DNA of 63,559 bases, the filler included, from Salisapilia sapeloensis CBS 127946 (lineage: Eukaryota > Protista > Oomycota), in NCBI GenBank assembly GCA_023334545.1. It is 14 parts of 14 records of this genome, joined end to end, with 100 filler letters (N's around TTAATTAATTAA, not from the genome) between each part and the next. Parts side by side here need not be neighbours in the genome. Positions count along the whole stretch, not along the records: positions 17,505 to 32,554 come from JAADVB010000377.1; positions 32,655 to 36,409 come from JAADVB010000726.1; 12 more parts are not named here. One strand, written 5' to 3'. Positions within the stretch are counted from its first letter, which is position 1. Each line of letters starts with the position of its first letter. Below, one piece after another: positions 22,401 to 33,358 of this stretch. Under the pieces are notes generated by a model, which was not told where the DNA came from, ran no database searches, and was given only the letters and a program-made list of their open reading frames with translations. The position numbers and the translations under genes are program-made.

Positions 22401-24465
22401 ATGGCTGACCTGCAGGACCCGGTAGCTCGCGCTCGAGCAATTGCGGCTCGACTGGCCTCGACGTTGCCTCAGAACGCCCTAGGCAAACGCAAAGACCGCG
22501 GCGAGGTTCGTACTTGTCTCCCATCCTGCCTACTCGATTGAACCGTCACCGACCCTCCCATTCTTTCATACTTATGCCCTCATGCCCATTCCCGACCCCA
22601 TCCTATACTAAATATACAGGATGATGGTAAGACATCTAGTATCAATCGATCCTGCTCTTGGAGCACCATCTAAATTTACTTTTCCAATCATTGCAGATGA
22701 CCTGTTGGCAGGCAAGAAGCGAAAGAAGGTGTATATTCCAGTGGATAAGTATCCCGATGTCAATTTCATGGGTATGTCTACCTCTCTCTTTCTTGACCTT
22801 TCTTATTTTCTAAGAATTTGCACTCAGGTCTCTTGATCGGTCCCAAGGGTTCGCATCAAAAGCGTATGGAAGAGGAATCTGGCGCGCGAATCCTCATTCG
22901 AGGCAAAGGGTCATCGAAAGACCCGTCAGGGGAACCGGATGGAGATGAAGAGATGCACGTACTCATTACAGGCGACACGGACGACGCAATTGCACGTGCA
23001 CAGTCTTCGGTCGAAAACATTCTCTACAACCCGCAAGAAGCGCAACGTCTCAAGTCGGAACAACTGAAGCAGTACGTCTACTTCCATTTCCATCTCGAAA
23101 CCATCCTTCTTTTGACAACTAAGACGAAAACTATCCATATCATACAAAGAAATTCCATAAATACACATACTAACTATAAAAACTCCATAGATGGGCAGAA
23201 ATGAATGGTACATATAATGAAAACTACCGTGCGTCTGCATATGCGCCGGAAGGAGACTCGTCGCACTATGGTCCCGCCTCGACATCCGATACGTCCGTCC
23301 AGACGGAGATGGAAGTGCCTCGAGAAATGGTCGGATACGTCATCGGTCGAGGCGGAGAGACTATTCGCGACCTTCAGACCAAGTCCGGAGCACACATCCA
23401 GGTCATCCGAGAAGATGATGGCGCGCCATTAACCGCCTACCGCTCTCTGTCCATGTCCGGTCCTCAAGACACGATCGACAAGGCCAAAGCTCTCGTCCAG
23501 CAGCTTATTGACGAGCGCATGTCGCTTAACCAACAAGGGCCTACCACGACCTCCACTTCCGCCTCTTACAAGAGCTCTTCTCAGCCTCCTGCTAGTCACA
23601 CGAATCCGGATGGTACGGAAAGTATCATCTTGATGATCCCAAATGACCGTGTCGGTCTTCTCATCGGACGTGGCGGAACGACGATCAAGAGTCTCCAGAT
23701 GCGGACACAAGCAAACGTCCACATTCCGCAGACACCAGACGAATCCGATCCGAACATGCGTCGTATTACTATCAGCGGCACGTACGACCAAAAGGAGAGT
23801 GCTCGACAGGAAGTCATGACACTCATGAGCACGAGCGACTCGGCTGCGGGAGGCCAAGGCGCTGCACCACAATACGGCAACGCTGTCGTGTACATGACGA
23901 TCCCGAACGAACGCGTTGGTGTCGTCATCGGCAAAGGCGGCGTGACGATCAAGAGCATCCAGGAACGGTATCAGGTCAAGGTGCAGATCCCGCAAGTGCC
24001 GGATCCAGGCTCCAACCCGCCTGTACGGACCATTGGCATCCACGGACATAACCAAGAGTACGTCAACCAGGCCCGAGGCGAGATCGATCAGATCGTGATG
24101 CAAGGTGCTGGTGGCGGTGGAGGATACAACTACTCTAGCGTGGACCAGTCGAGCCACTACGCGCCGTCGTACGACGCGTCGGCGTACTATGGACAGTACT
24201 ACCAGGAGGCACAGCCAGCGTCGACGGAGGAGACAGCGGATGATCCGAACGCCTACTGGAATGGCTTCTACGACTATGCGGCGTACTATGGCATTGAAGC
24301 TGCGAATGCCGCGTGGGGTGTCACGGGTGAAGCAGCGCAGCAGAGCGTTGAAAACTATCGACAGTACATGCAGCAGACGGAAGAGGTACGTTTGCTATAT
24401 TGATGTATGATAAAGATATGAGTATGAAGAATTAATGACAAAAGTAGACGTCTGGTACGTCGTAA
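22401..24465 (+). CDS. Four-KH-domain RNA-binding protein (SF1-type KH + three FUBP-type KH), multi-exon
   Basis: N-terminal DPVARARAIAARL. KVYIPVDKYPDVNFMG|LLIGPKG...IRGKGS, then VIGRGGETI, LIGRGGTTI and VIGKGGVTI. Tyr-rich C-terminus; last exon 24448-24465. Confidence 0.88.
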
Positions 24466-24515
24466 GGTTGTGCTCGCTCTTTTTTTCGAAAACAAAATGG
24501 TATTTTCGTTTCGTT

Positions 24516-26127
24516 TTATTGGATCGTGCAATTCTCCTTGGTCTTGGTCTTTTCGCTTTCGATCAAATCGGCTTGCGTCATGGATGCTGGACGTACGCAC
24601 ATTTGCAAAAAGAGTTTAAGTGTCTATTCTAGTTACGAGCAAAAGAACAAGCGCAACATACGATTAATACTCATGAGGAAGGCATCTCGAGCAATCGTCT
24701 CGAGCGCGTCCATCGTATTCTCAGCTGTCTTGGCACTCGTTTCTAGGTGGCAAGGAAGACGCGTCAATTTGCAAATTGGCACAAGTAGAAATGTTGAGGA
24801 GTACCAAGGAAGCGACAATTGTACTGCTGCGCAGTCTTTCGACCTTCTTCCGACCCGACGACTCGATTCGGTAAATCGATCTTATTTCCAACGAGGAGCA
24901 TTCCCGGTATATTCGGAGAAGAGTACTGTTGGATATTGTTCATCCAATACCCCACATCTACGAAAATACATTAAAGTCCATACACGTCCATCTCCTAACA
25001 CCAACGTACTATCAAATGACTTGCGATCACTGACGTCATACACGAGGACAATCCCATTCGCGCCCTTGTAATATGCTACATACACCATCAGCCTCGTCCC
25101 TACTCGTACACAAACCAAAAAGATATCTACTAGCTGTGATCCGATGGAAACGTTCTTGGCCGGCAGTGTCCCAGATTTGTAGCGTTATATCCTCTTCTTC
25201 AATCTGAAAATGCCGCAATTTGAAATCCACGCTACAAGCACTTGAGTACCTCCATACAAACACATAGACAAGTAGCTGTACCCTGCTGTCGCCAACATGG
25301 ACTCTGAGAAAGAGTCACCTGAAAAGACGCGCATCAGACTCGTTTTGCCCACACCTATCGGCAACGTTAACTTGATGACAGCAACATGTCCCAACAAAAC
25401 TGCACGTACCGCTATCGCCGAGTAAAAGTAACTTAAGCTTATGCTTCTTCGTACTCGACTTGGTAATCGGTGCGGCTGGCGGCTTCACTTCCTTTTCCAC
25501 TGCTGGTGCCTCGAGCTTGGGTTTCGCCGGAATCGCCTCTTTCTTACCAGCCATACTGAAGCGAGGCATGCTCTTGGAAAACATTTTCGATGTAAAGCTC
25601 GAGGCGCGAGATGTCAATGTATTTCGAGATGACTTTTCCACCTTCATCTTGGTTTCCTCCTCTTCCTCCATCTCTTTCTCTGCCAACTCGGCTTCTGTTA
25701 AGCCATCGATCTCATCTTTCTTCGGGGATACCGTCGACTGATGCAGGCCTTCCGATAGTAAATCCAGTGTCTTGGCAGACAAAGCTCCCGTCGGCTGTGG
25801 CACCTCGACTTTCGTCGAGCTCTGTTTGACATGGGACGGATCGACTGGTTTCGACCCGGCGAGATACATGCGAGACATGGAAGCAGCTCGTTTGGCTACA
25901 TCCTCATCCTCCTCGCCTCCGGCGCTGTCATTCTGGTCGTCTGACGTATCAAGAGGGGGTGGCCCGGACGTGAAGGAACAACTGCGTCGCCGGTCACTCC
26001 CGCCTTGCACATCCTCAGATCTGTCCTGACTTTCACCAACGATGGACCGACTGCGAGTCCGGCCACGACCTTCCATGGCCATTTCCATCTCTCGCTCCCA
26101 TGCCCGCTGTGCGTCGTCTTCGCTCAT
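24516..26127 (-). CDS. Rab8/Sec4-like small GTPase with long N-terminal extension, multi-exon
   Basis: KLLLLGDS|GVGKTS, WDTAGQERF, YYKGANGIVLVYD, GNKIDL and ETSAK. Splicing predicts a C-terminal CaaX (ENCTIQ*, stop 24516-24518). Confidence 0.88.
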
Positions 26128-26444
26128 GAAACGTCGATGCTGTTACTATCCGATGCAAGTGCTGCTCGCCACGTCGGGCGTAAAGTGTCTTGGTATCCTT
26201 CTAATAAATACAGGACGTGGGGAACGCCAAGGACTCGCAAATGCTACTGACGCTGCGCCTGCCTTCTCGTGGCCTGTAGAGTGATTTCTAACCAATCCAC
26301 ATGCTGGATTTTGCTTTATAGCCAATCTCAAATGAGAATCGCGTAACAAATGAAATGCTCGTCGATTACTGCCTTTCGGTGGACCTTTAGCTGTACGCTC
26401 GAGGTGCCAATGGCTTTCCAAAAATATACTTCTTTCATGCACAT

Positions 26445-27107
26445 ATGAGACGTGTGGAAAAGTTCGAGTGCAGGTTTAAAGGCGAGTCGTACCCACCGTA
26501 TGTTGTCAAGCGGCCGACGACCAAGACGAGCTCGCTGCCAGTCAATGAGCCACCTGACGTTTCCAATCAAAGCTTGCAGCCTCGACGAGTGTATCAACCT
26601 ACGCCACCTATAACTTCTGTACCTGTTACTAGCCCACCACGCCATCGTCGTCCGTCCCTATCGGAACAATTGCAGCAAATAGGTAGCAAAGTTGACGCCA
26701 TTACGGCAAGTCTAAAAGGTTCGAGAACTGCCCAAGTGTCCTCTTCCACCTCGACTCATGTGGCCGACACTGCCACAGCTACGTTGAAGCTGCAGGCAGT
26801 GCATGTGCGTGTCGGTCGGCTCGACAGTCGACTATCTAGCACCGTGCATTTCTATCGAGACCGATGCGAGTACCTCTTCCTACACCCATTTCGAGATGTC
26901 GAGATCTGCATGGTCATGTACTATCGTGACATGCGACAGCTTCATTTCCAAAAGTCGACTCGGACCTTGAAGTTTAAGGTCAATCGGCGACTACAGCACT
27001 TTGGGGAAGATTATCAACCAGAGAGCGTCCATCACTGGCTCGAACTTGCTTTTCTATCCGTCGATGACGAAAGCAAGCTCCGATCTGTTGTTCCATTTTC
27101 CAAATAA
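26445..27107 (+). CDS. Hypothetical protein with globular C-terminal domain
   Basis: 220-aa ORF: Pro/Ser-rich N-half and a well-formed beta-rich C-half (VHFYRDRCEYLFLHPF...MVMYYRDM...TLKFKV...HFGEDY). The 3' end could include an extra short exon. Confidence 0.6.
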   Translation: MRRVEKFECRFKGESYPPYVVKRPTTKTSSLPVNEPPDVSNQSLQPRRVYQPTPPITSVPVTSPPRHRRPSLSEQLQQIGSKVDAITASLKGSRTAQVSSSTSTHVADTATATLKLQAVHVRVGRLDSRLSSTVHFYRDRCEYLFLHPFRDVEICMVMYYRDMRQLHFQKSTRTLKFKVNRRLQHFGEDYQPESVHHWLELAFLSVDDESKLRSVVPFSK

Positions 27108-27446
27108 AGAATTTATCTTGTCTTTTTCTTAGATCAGAAAGTAGTACTTGAAGACATCAAGGCGGTTCATAGACTAGAGATTAATCCATACGCGCGTGGA
27201 CAGGCGCGAGGTACGAGTTATGGCGAAAACACAGGCAATTGGCATTCGATATCTGTGTTTTGGAGCTGTGCAATGGATTTCTCACAAGGTCTCTGCTACC
27301 TCACGCTATCACTTCTTCCCGTCGCAGTGTCTACGCCAGACTACAATGTACCTACGTCAGGGACGAAAATCCGATTCAAGAAAATGGAAGAAAAAAAAGC
27401 TACAACTGCACGACTTGATTCCTGCCGTGGATCCTGGCGCCACCAA

Positions 27447-27464
27447 GCTCATTCTGCCTTTCGC
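27447..27464 (+). promoter_or_regulatory. Inr+FPR core promoter
   Basis: GCTCATTCTGCCTTTCGC, about 30 nt before ATG 27493. Confidence 0.65.
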
Positions 27465-27492
27465 GCTCGACCTCCCAAGTACTACATACAAG

Positions 27493-27963
27493 ATGCAGCT
27501 CCGCAACGTCCTCTTCTTTGCCGCCATGGCCGTCACCGCCGTCTACGCTCAACAAGACACGACTGGTAACCAAGAACCTGCGGTCACTCCGACGGATGCT
27601 AGCGCCCCTGCTGCAGGAACGAGTGCATCGGGCACGATGGAAGCGTCGGGCACGAACGCCGAGGCCTCGACGGCAGGGTCCGTTAGCGAATCCGAAACCA
27701 CACCTACAACCGAAGATGCTGATGAAGACGCCACAGCGCCTGAAGACGACACTACCGAAGATGAGGCTCCTGTAGATGGCAGCGAAGAAGAAGAAGAAGA
27801 AGAGTCGATGCCTGGATCGGAAGAGACGGAAAGCGAGTCTGGCAGCGGCGAGACTTCTGACGCCTCGGGAGACTCAGGCAGCGGCTCGGACTCAGCCGTC
27901 TCCATGACGAGTGCCAGTGCTGTCGTGACGATCGCGACCGCCACGGCTGCGTACTTCTTGTAG
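27493..27963 (+). CDS. Secreted Ser/Thr/Glu-rich GPI-anchor-like protein (cluster member 1, 156 aa)
   Basis: MQLRNVLFFAAMAVTAVYA|QQD signal; low-complexity body; SGSDSA followed by a hydrophobic tail ending TAAYFL*. Confidence 0.85.
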   Translation: MQLRNVLFFAAMAVTAVYAQQDTTGNQEPAVTPTDASAPAAGTSASGTMEASGTNAEASTAGSVSESETTPTTEDADEDATAPEDDTTEDEAPVDGSEEEEEEESMPGSEETESESGSGETSDASGDSGSGSDSAVSMTSASAVVTIATATAAYFL

Positions 27964-28116
27964 ATCGCCACGCTACATGTGTCCGAAATGAATCCATTTT
28001 TCTTTTTCGTGCTCTCTCTTGTCTGATTATAACTTCACATTCACTTCAACATGTATCTTGTAGGGATGTAGTCAGCACTACTATCCTTCGACGTCAGTAG
28101 AACAACTGATCTGGTC

Positions 28117-28413
28117 ATGAACACCCAAGTATATTTTCTCACTGTACTAGTTCTCTGGACGATATGCTGGGCTGAAAAGAGCGTCATGCTGTCAAGCGAA
28201 TCATCGATCGTGCCCGGTGGACCTGGTGCCGGCGCAAGTGCTTCAAATGACAGTGACGTGCTCGATCGCATTGAAGGCTCTGCTAACGGAGAAGCTGGCC
28301 CTGCTGGCATTGAGAGCAAAGATTTAGACGACTCTGGTTCGAATGCTGCCTCGATATTCACGGGCAGTACCGCCCTTGCGACGATAAGTACCTTGGCTTT
28401 CTACTTGGCTTGA
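28117..28413 (+). CDS. Secreted GPI-anchor-like microprotein (member 2, 98 aa)
   Basis: MNTQVYFLTVLVLWTICWA signal; DSGSNAA followed by a hydrophobic tail ending LAFYLA*. Confidence 0.75.
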   Translation: MNTQVYFLTVLVLWTICWAEKSVMLSSESSIVPGGPGAGASASNDSDVLDRIEGSANGEAGPAGIESKDLDDSGSNAASIFTGSTALATISTLAFYLA

Positions 28414-28889
28414 GCAGTAATTTGAAACACGCAATAAGAATTTGCTTTTAACGGTCTATGGATGTTGCTTTCCCGATCGGTCTACAGTAGCGAACACCAG
28501 CCACTGGTGTACTAGAGGTCCCTTTACTTGCTCCATGCATGAAAGTCCCGATAGTCCATCTTCTTGGTTAAAATCGTCCAAGTTTGATTGATCATTGCTT
28601 CCAAGGTCATAAGGTCACTGCATGCTCTTGTGAAGCGCTTGGCTAAGCACAAACCAGTATGGTCGAAAGAGGAGTATAAGGACAAACCAAGTGGGGAAAA
28701 CTTGGTCTTGCTTTATTCGAGAACTTGTCTTCATTCCTAATATAAACGACATGCATACGTGCATAGTTTGACAAGCTAGTAAACAGCTAAAGTACAAGAC
28801 AAGCAGTAGCATGATCACAAAAAGGGTTACTTACCAAGCTAGGAACGCATAAAGGGAACAAATGAATAACGCGCTGGTATTAATCTTGA

Positions 28890-29168
28890 TTAGAGATAGT
28901 ACGCTAGAGCGGATGCAGTCATGAAGACCGTCGCACCAGCATGCACCATTGTTGCAGCGTCCGAGTCGTCGGACTTGTCCGAGCTTTCGGCGCTCATATC
29001 GTCGACATCAGAAGAATCCATCGACACACCGGTTGTGGAATCAGCTTCACTCGCAGCATTCGAGAGGATACTACTAGCCGTTTCAGCTTGGCGACCGTCA
29101 TTGTCCTGTGCTAGAACGCCTGCTAGCATGATCAAAGCTAGTGAAAGCAGAAAGAGGCGAATGTGCAT
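28890..29168 (-). CDS. Secreted GPI-anchor-like microprotein (member 3, 92 aa)
   Basis: MHIRLFLLSLALIMLAGVLA|QD signal; DDSDAA followed by a hydrophobic tail ending LAYYL*. Confidence 0.8.
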   Translation of the reverse strand: MHIRLFLLSLALIMLAGVLAQDNDGRQAETASSILSNAASEADSTTGVSMDSSDVDDMSAESSDKSDDSDAATMVHAGATVFMTASALAYYL

Positions 29169-29870
29169 CGTCGTCTAGCGAGAAGAAATGGAAAGTGTCA
29201 AAGTCGTGGTACGCAGGTCGTAGTCAGATTTGAAGGGAACGACAAAGAAGTGCTTTTGAAAGACAGAAGTAGCCTTTGAATACTAGATGATCTTCTTCCC
29301 AAGCTACCAATCTAGAGAACTCACTGAATCTACTCGAGCGTGCATGCACATCGCTTTGATCGCTTCCGAGTGACTCTATGTCTATCAGATGTATATGCGA
29401 AGTGTCATGGGTCTTGAAGAGGAAGCAATCCGTCTACAGAGATTCGATTAGTCCGTACGACATCCAATCTAGTGATCTGCTCCAGGTAGGTACAAGTAAA
29501 GATCATGCACGGTCAGGACATACGATATAATCGCTTCTTGGTGCCATACGAGCACTTGCTACGGTACTATAGTCGCCTCCTTGGACGTAGCAGCAAGAAA
29601 CATCATGGCACCAAAGGCATTTCCACGTCAAATTTCGAGTCGAATGCTAGACCTAGTGACTATGTACTCTCCACTAACACAAAGAATTAACCTACATTTG
29701 ACTGCGAAAATAAAAAAAACATCCTCGGTAACACGCATCCTTGAATATAAACACCACTTCGTACTCCCATTTACTCTTGTAACTAGTATGCATCCTCTTT
29801 TGTCATATCCCTCAGTTTGGATGCACCCGCGTCAGTCACTTCAACCAGACAAAAGATCGTCTTTTTATTT

Positions 29871-30294
29871 TCAAAGGAAAAATGTAGCAGCAGTGGCTAT
29901 GGAGACTGCAGCACTAGTGATACGACCCATGGCAGCATCTGAGTCACTTCCTTGCTCGCTGGCTATTTCACTTCCACTGGATTCCTCGTTGCTGCCAAGC
30001 ATCGAATTCATACCACTGTTGGAAACCTCGGATCCACTCTCTTCGCTCGTCTCGCTCTGACCAGACCCGGTGGATCCATCTGCGACTATCTGGTCGGTGT
30101 CATCCAGCGGGGTCTTTGTCAGGTCCAAATCCACGGCTTGAGAGGCACTAGTATCGTGTAAATCTCACATCACAAAGCGAGAGCCAAGTTTTCATGATAA
30201 CATACCTTTCGCCATCATTCGGGTCTGGGGCTTGGCCATGTGCTGTACTGGCGAATGCGAGTACGGCGAATCCAAGTATTGGCAAGAACTTCAT
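29871..30294 (-). CDS. Secreted GPI-anchor-like microprotein (member 4, 2 exons)
   Basis: Exon 30206-30294 (MKFLPILGFAVLAFASTAHG|QAP), GT-AG intron 30148-30205, exon to 29871 ending SDSDAA...AATFFL*. The ORF track splits it into two ORFs. Confidence 0.82.
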
Positions 30295-30308
30295 GAGCGT
30301 AAAAGCGA

Positions 30309-30324
30309 GTAAAAGTGGAAATGA
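30309..30324 (-). promoter_or_regulatory. Inr+FPR core promoter
   Basis: TCATTTCCACTTTTAC upstream of ATG 30294. Confidence 0.65.
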
Positions 30325-30407
30325 CTTCTCATCCAAGAGGATGCATCCTAGAGCACAAAAATTCCTCACCGTTCTGTCCGAGTTACCAGATAAAGTGTCC
30401 GACCACA

Positions 30408-30423
30408 TCATTTTCAATTCTAC
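30408..30423 (+). promoter_or_regulatory. Inr+FPR core promoter
   Basis: TCATTTTCAATTCTAC upstream of ATG 30438. Confidence 0.6.
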
Positions 30424-30437
30424 TTTTCAACACGCAA

Positions 30438-30734
30438 ATGCATTCCCAAGTACTCTTTACGACCGTGGCAGCTGCGCTCGCCATTGCCTCTGCTCAGTCC
30501 ACGTCTGGTAGCGAAGGTGCCAGCAGTTCCGGCTCTGGAGCGGCCCCTGCTGTGTCCAACTCACTTACGGATAGTGAAAGCGCGAGTCTTGAGCAAGCCA
30601 TGTCCTTCATCCAGGACAGCAGTGGTACATTCGAATCCATGTCCGGGTCGTCTGGAAGCGATGGAGCGCCGACATTAACGGTAAGCGGCGCCGTGGTCAC
30701 TGTCATGGCCGCGACGGCAGCTTACTTTGCTTAA
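30438..30734 (+). CDS. Secreted GPI-anchor-like microprotein (member 5, 98 aa)
   Basis: MHSQVLFTTVAAALAIASA|QST signal; SGSDGA followed by a hydrophobic tail ending TAAYFA*. Confidence 0.82.
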   Translation: MHSQVLFTTVAAALAIASAQSTSGSEGASSSGSGAAPAVSNSLTDSESASLEQAMSFIQDSSGTFESMSGSSGSDGAPTLTVSGAVVTVMAATAAYFA

Positions 30735-30834
30735 TACAGTACCACTTTTCTTTTCTATCGACTATTCTTTCTTTTTCTTGATTACGGAAGATGGAGGTAG
30801 AGTGTTGGTAAAGATAATATATTGCATGTAGCAT

Positions 30835-31353
30835 CTAGAGGAAGTACATGGCAGTGGCCGCCACAACAGTCACGGCAGAAGTTTGCATCACACTGGCGCC
30901 GTCGGAGCCATTGTCTGCTGAAGAATCGGACGAAGAGGTCTTGGATGAAGATGGCTTGGCCAAGTCCTTCTTGATACCGTCCAGGAGACTTCCAGCGCCA
31001 GACTTCAAGTTACCCTGCGCATCCTCGATGCCGGAGCCGAGATTCGCAAGTGTTTCCTTGGCATCCGACCCGAGGTTTTTATACGCTTCCTTGAAGTCCG
31101 ATCCACTGTTATCGAAGAAATCAGATATTTCCTCCATCACCTTTTCGGTATTGCCCTTGATTTTAGAGCCTGCTCCGCTGGCAGCATCCGCCAGAGTCGA
31201 GCCTATTTTTTCCGCAATCTCTTTCGCGTCAGAGCCACCTTCGTCCAGTTTATCCTTGGCATCCGGTAGAGTGTTTTTGATATCCTCAGTGTCTTGTGCG
31301 TACACAGTCGAGATGGCGAGCGTCGCGAGAACGAGAATGGAGCGGAGTTGCAT
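30835..31353 (-). CDS. Secreted GPI-anchor-like protein (member 6, 172 aa) with amphipathic-repeat body
   Basis: MQLRSILVLATLAISTVYA|QD signal; GSDAKE/GSDFKE repeats; NGSDGA followed by a tail ending TAMYFL*. Confidence 0.85.
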   Translation of the reverse strand: MQLRSILVLATLAISTVYAQDTEDIKNTLPDAKDKLDEGGSDAKEIAEKIGSTLADAASGAGSKIKGNTEKVMEEISDFFDNSGSDFKEAYKNLGSDAKETLANLGSGIEDAQGNLKSGAGSLLDGIKKDLAKPSSSKTSSSDSSADNGSDGASVMQTSAVTVVAATAMYFL

Positions 31354-31380
31354 GTTGATAGTAAAGACTTGAGACGTTGC

Positions 31381-31400
31381 GAGCAAGTGCGAGAATGAGC
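31381..31400 (-). promoter_or_regulatory. Inr(+FPR-like) core promoter
   Basis: GCTCATTCTCGCACTTGCTC upstream of ATG 31353. Confidence 0.55.
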
Positions 31401-32554
31401 TGAGAGTATCATCTCGAGATCGTCATCCGATCAACGTAGAGATGCGATTGGATGAAATGCGGCATAGTATCCATCCGAATGTTTCTTCGAAAAGAATTCA
31501 ATGGTTTTCAAGGCGGATTCTTTGCCGCGGTTCGGGTGGATATGCTTTCCGTCATGATCTCACTGCGGTACGAAATGTACTAGGTGCGTGGGAATTTTTA
31601 TCACCATCCAATATCGTTTGACATGCGAGCTGGAAATTTCTGGCATTGCATGCGAGCGAGGAATATGGAGCTACCAAGATATGAAAGATTATGAAAGCGA
31701 GCGCAAAGTCTCGTAACCTAGGACGTATCCAATTTATTCCATTACATGGTTCCGTTTCTTTGCCGTACCACGCGTCAATAGTATCGTTTGCAAGTGTAGA
31801 GCATAGCATATTCTATAAAATGAACGCAAGTGAGTAGAAACAAGTCTTCTTTCCCGTTTTCAATGTCATTCTTTGTCGTCGAACAAGCCTTTTGAGCAAG
31901 AAAGAGTTGTCTTGCTATACAATATTGGGGGCTGATGCCGACTACGTACTCTTCCATCTCTCTCGAGACAAGCTATATCTCTCGCACCGTCAAGGGTAAG
32001 CTGAGACGCAGTGGATTGTGCTGCGTAGGATGCTGACGTATTGTACCTTGTCAAGGGAACACGAACCCAACACTTTTATTACAAACGTAGACGACGGGCA
32101 AGAGAATGCAATGCTTTCTCCTTTGCATCCCGCTAGAAGGTCCGTCTACGAGGGCAAAATCGAAATATTCAGGAGATGTTGCAACTAAAATAGCTAAAAG
32201 AGAGTGAAATAAAGAGCAGAAAGTTGAGACTAATAAGTAAGCTGCTTAAGCTCGGGAATTCAATATACAACACTAGATGGAAGTTCTCGACAATGCGCGC
32301 TCAACTAAAATTCTTGGATGCTGAGAGACATGGGGATTCATGCTTTACCTACATATAGTCGATCTACTAGGATTAGAAAGACGATGACCACTCAGCAGTA
32401 GGTGCGCTACCCCCATGTAGTTGAAGCTTTCGGCACCCAGAAAGTGGTGGACACTGATACCTCTACTTCCAAGATTTTCCCGAATAGTTTTACTACTACA
32501 CGATTATCCGGAAGCCTAGTATCTGGTCTGGAGGAACAATAAAGCCCAACGACC

Positions 32555-32654
32555 NNNNNNNNNNNNNNNNNNNNNNNNNNNNNNNNNNNNNNNNNNNNTT
32601 AATTAATTAANNNNNNNNNNNNNNNNNNNNNNNNNNNNNNNNNNNNNNNNNNNN
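32555..32654. other. Artificial contig spacer
   Basis: 44 N + TTAATTAATTAA + 44 N. Confidence 0.98.
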
Positions 32655-33056
32655 AGATACGCCATTCGAACTGGCGTCACCGGAAATGTGGAGACCTGAG
32701 ATCTAATCTAGCGGAGAAGTAAGAGACAGTAGGCAACAAACGTACGCATGCAACACTCACACCTGTCAGAACAAGAGAATAGCCTACTTGGCCACCCACC
32801 CTCGCGGAAAACGCTCAGCATCCTGTTGATAACGTTTGCCTAGGCACATTCAGTCAATGAGTCAACTTCAACCTACAAGAGTCCGCACCTAGACTTCAAT
32901 ATTTAAAATACTTTCGAGCAGGAATAAAGAAAGAAACGAATGCCATCCTACGAGCACGACTGCAATGCTGTTGAACGGCAAAAGTCACTTTGGTATTGAC
33001 GTTATAACTATAGGAAAGCGGCGACTCCACCCCGACCTCGAAAGGTTCAGTGGCGT

Positions 33057-33307
33057 TTAGTAGTACGGGCCGAACGGAGGGCGGCCCCAATAGGGAGAGT
33101 AGTAGGGGCGATAGTAGAGAGATCCACCGTAGAAGAACTCTTGGTTCTCTGTGCAAAATGTGTCAAGCAAACTATGGCATGAATATTGTATAAGTTACCT
33201 TTGGTCGCAGCATTCTCCTGTGGCATGTTGCTTGTTCCTTCGTCTGCAATTGCGGGCGATGCGGCATACACAAGCGCAATAAAAGCGAAGATAGAAGAGG
33301 TCTTCAT
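33057..33307 (-). CDS. 66-aa secreted Tyr/Pro/Gly-rich peptide precursor (2 exons)
   Basis: Exon 33199-33307, 50-nt GT-AG intron 33149-33198 and exon 33057-33148 give MKTSSIFAFIALVYAASPAIADEGTSNMPQENAATKENQEFFYGGSLYYRPYYSPYWGRPPFGPYY*. Confidence 0.8.
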
Positions 33308-33358
33308 GGTGTTCAGGCAGTTGTATGAAACTCGTAGGTCGTTCTTGAGCTGGTGGGG

